Assembly (NCBI GenBank): GCA_039906565.1
Contig: CM078459.1
Location: 18,851,066-18,915,065 of the forward strand
Direction: 5' to 3'
Origin: Aegotheles albertisi
Taxonomy: Eukaryota
DNA: 64,000 bases
Shown: in pieces, positions 61,801 to 64,000 of the stretch
Layout: each line of letters opens with the position of its first letter
Position numbering within the stretch: the first letter of the stretch is position 1
Program-made: the position numbers and the translations under genes
The notes under the pieces: generated by a model
The model's database searches: none
Seen by the model: the letters and a program-made list of their open reading frames with translations, nothing else
What the model was told of the DNA's origin: nothing

Positions 61801-64000
61801 ACTTCTCACATTACCCTAAATATTCACAGTTCACACACAATGAAATAAAAAGTTATAAATTACATGTAACATTGTAGTGATTATTTGCTTCATTACTGAA
61901 AAATTACCTTAGTGGCATCTTTGCTATACATAAAAACATAATCTAGAAAGTCCATTATGAACCATCCTAAAATGGTCATGAAATACTTACAGTTAAAAAC
62001 TATCTTACTCTACAAATAGCTTTGGTTGGTTTATGTATACAAACACATAATATGCTACAAATAAATGGCTGTAGTTCTGCATTAAATTTTATCCAATGTC
62101 TTTTCATACACGCATATGACCGTTAAAATTGTTTTGATATCTGGCAGTGTAATTTAAGGGTTGGAAATAATTTATTTCATTTCCGAAAACTATACAATGT
62201 GAATATTTTAAGGCCTCTTAAGGAATTATTCTTGCCTAAAGCATCAAATTTAGTTTCTAAAACACTGTTTGGGGAACAGAAGAATTGCAATATTTAAGCC
62301 GATAGTGTCTACTGATATATATCACTGCAATCCTGCAAAAATAAAACTAGTTCTATTGCCAAAAATAAGACCACCCACAAAAACAGCAACTATGTATTTA
62401 TAAACTGCCTGTTCAAAGTCCTATGTAGCTTTCTGCATAGGAAGAAACTTGAAATAAGAAAACAGGAACGTTTTGTCAGGTTGTTTTTTTAAATTTCAGT
62501 TCTACATTCAATAATCTGCCTTTATCCAAGCTAGTTTTACCTTAAAAGACTTTTAAGTTGTGAAACATGAACTACTTCTTCCATGAGTATGTATGCTGGA
62601 TTGCAACAAGGAGCTAATTCACCTCTCACAACCAAACTCTACAAAAGAGCTTTTATAAAGCAGCTTAGCTTTACAGCAATTCGTTAAGAAACAGAAACTA
62701 TATTCGTACAACCTCACAAAACTTCACCGTCATCATTAAGTAGACTAGGGTGTCAAGGGATCCTTGGGAATTTTTATTAATTTATTTCTTATTGGAAATC
62801 TGTCTTAGCTTAGTTTAGTTTTGAATACGGTAGGAAACAATTCTCCATTCAGTGAAAATTCAAACTTCTTACATAAATGGGACTTTTGAGCATAGTGGAA
62901 TCAAAAGATAAAGATAAATGAAGTTTCATTCACTTATGAGACAAGAATTGCAAAAAACTACTCCTGAATTACACAAGTCCAAGAAAATCTAACTGATAGT
63001 CATTCAATAATGTCTACTACTTAACTTACAATTGAATGTGGAAGGGAGGCATAAGATACACCTCAGTAGGCTCAAAATAATAAAACAAACGGGAAGCTAC
63101 ATTTATAAACCGCTACAAAGAAGGACAAAACTATCAGAACAAAGAATAAATGTCATGGGTTTGTTTTTTTCAATTAAGTTCCTGGTATTCCTGAAGCTAT
63201 GAACTTTGCTGTTGCTTTGGGATGTGCTTTTTCACTCTATCTTACAGCTTTTGATCCAAATCTTCTATAATCTCTGCTGTTGAGGCAATCTCCACTGCTT
63301 TAGCAGCTGCCATTTTATGCCAATACTTACAAAACATACTTGAGCAGCAGAGCTTCTGTGCAAGAAAAATTAAAGGAAAGCAAAACAAGATGTAGAAGTA
63401 ATTCTTGAAAAGACTAGGAAATAAAAAAAAGAGTTAAGTATTTAATATACAGTCTTACATGAAAGAACAGTAAGCATTAAGTTGAAACTGATGAAACAAG
63501 AAACAGGTCCTTACATATGCAAGTTACACTTGAAAAAAGGGAAGTTTCCTTGCAGGGAAGATGACAAGGACACCCAAAAATCTCAGCTCACTCTTTAAAC
63601 TGTCAGTAAGAAGAGTTGTAGACTGTAGGCCAGTATCACAGCTATTGTTTCGTCATGTACAATACTCACTTGACACTATTTTGCAGTGCTACTACAGAAT
63701 TAAATCTGTGCACCATAAAACTAAGACTAGAATTCCTACTTATTTTAGTCTCTTTTTTAGACACATAAAAACTATATTAACACACTAAATCCAAATAACC
63801 CTCTTTTCACTCTTCGATGTTGGTGACGTGAATAAAAGCAGTTCTTGGGACTGGAATTATTTGGTAAGAAGGCTCTGATGGAGATTTAGCAATGTAAATC
63901 TATGTAAGCCACCCACAACAGCAGAGTAACATAGAAGTACTATATTTTTTAAAAAAATATTTGTTCTGCTGAAAAATAAAATATTGTTTCCAATCATCAT

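Noticed and set aside
1-64000. CRISPR arrays, operons, tRNA or rRNA genes.
   Set aside because: There are no short direct repeats regularly interspersed with unique spacers. There are no tRNA cloverleaf-sized GC-rich units with A/B boxes, and no rDNA-like sequence. The window is clearly spliced vertebrate gene territory.

Overview
This window is vertebrate, almost certainly avian, genomic DNA rather than a prokaryotic locus. The evidence is multi-exon genes with GT-AG introns, AT-rich introns, and several CR1 (chicken-repeat-1) LINE copies with the characteristic 3' end ('...gaggtcccttccaacc...' followed by ATTCTRTG-type 8-mers). There are two convergently oriented protein-coding genes. (1) On the + strand, 11 consecutive 3' exons (4169..15209) encode the middle region, four ankyrin repeats and C-terminal domain of an M-phase phosphoprotein 8 (MPHOSPH8/MPP8) orthologue; every exon junction joins in frame and the stop codon is at 15207..15209. 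(2) On the - strand, the last three coding exons of paraspeckle component 1 (PSPC1, a DBHS-family protein related to NONO and SFPQ) lie at 49185..49242, 44840..45009 and 41364..41549, ending in '...[11 protein letters not shown]'. MPHOSPH8(+) followed by PSPC1(-) tail-to-tail is the arrangement seen at human 13q12.11, which supports both assignments. A near-full-length CR1 reverse-transcriptase ORF (555 codons, 1805..3472) sits in sense orientation inside an MPHOSPH8 intron, and at least four short CR1 3'-end fragments are scattered through the window. About 26 kb separates the two stop codons; it holds only 3' UTRs, simple repeats and chance ORFs, and nothing I could call a gene. I find no operons, CRISPR arrays, tRNA or rRNA genes, or defence-island-like systems. 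The items worth follow-up are eukaryotic: a CR1 copy with an uninterrupted RT ORF, exon-like sequences with perfect splice signals that do not fit the known reading frames, a GC/CpG-richer block between the genes, and several minisatellites.
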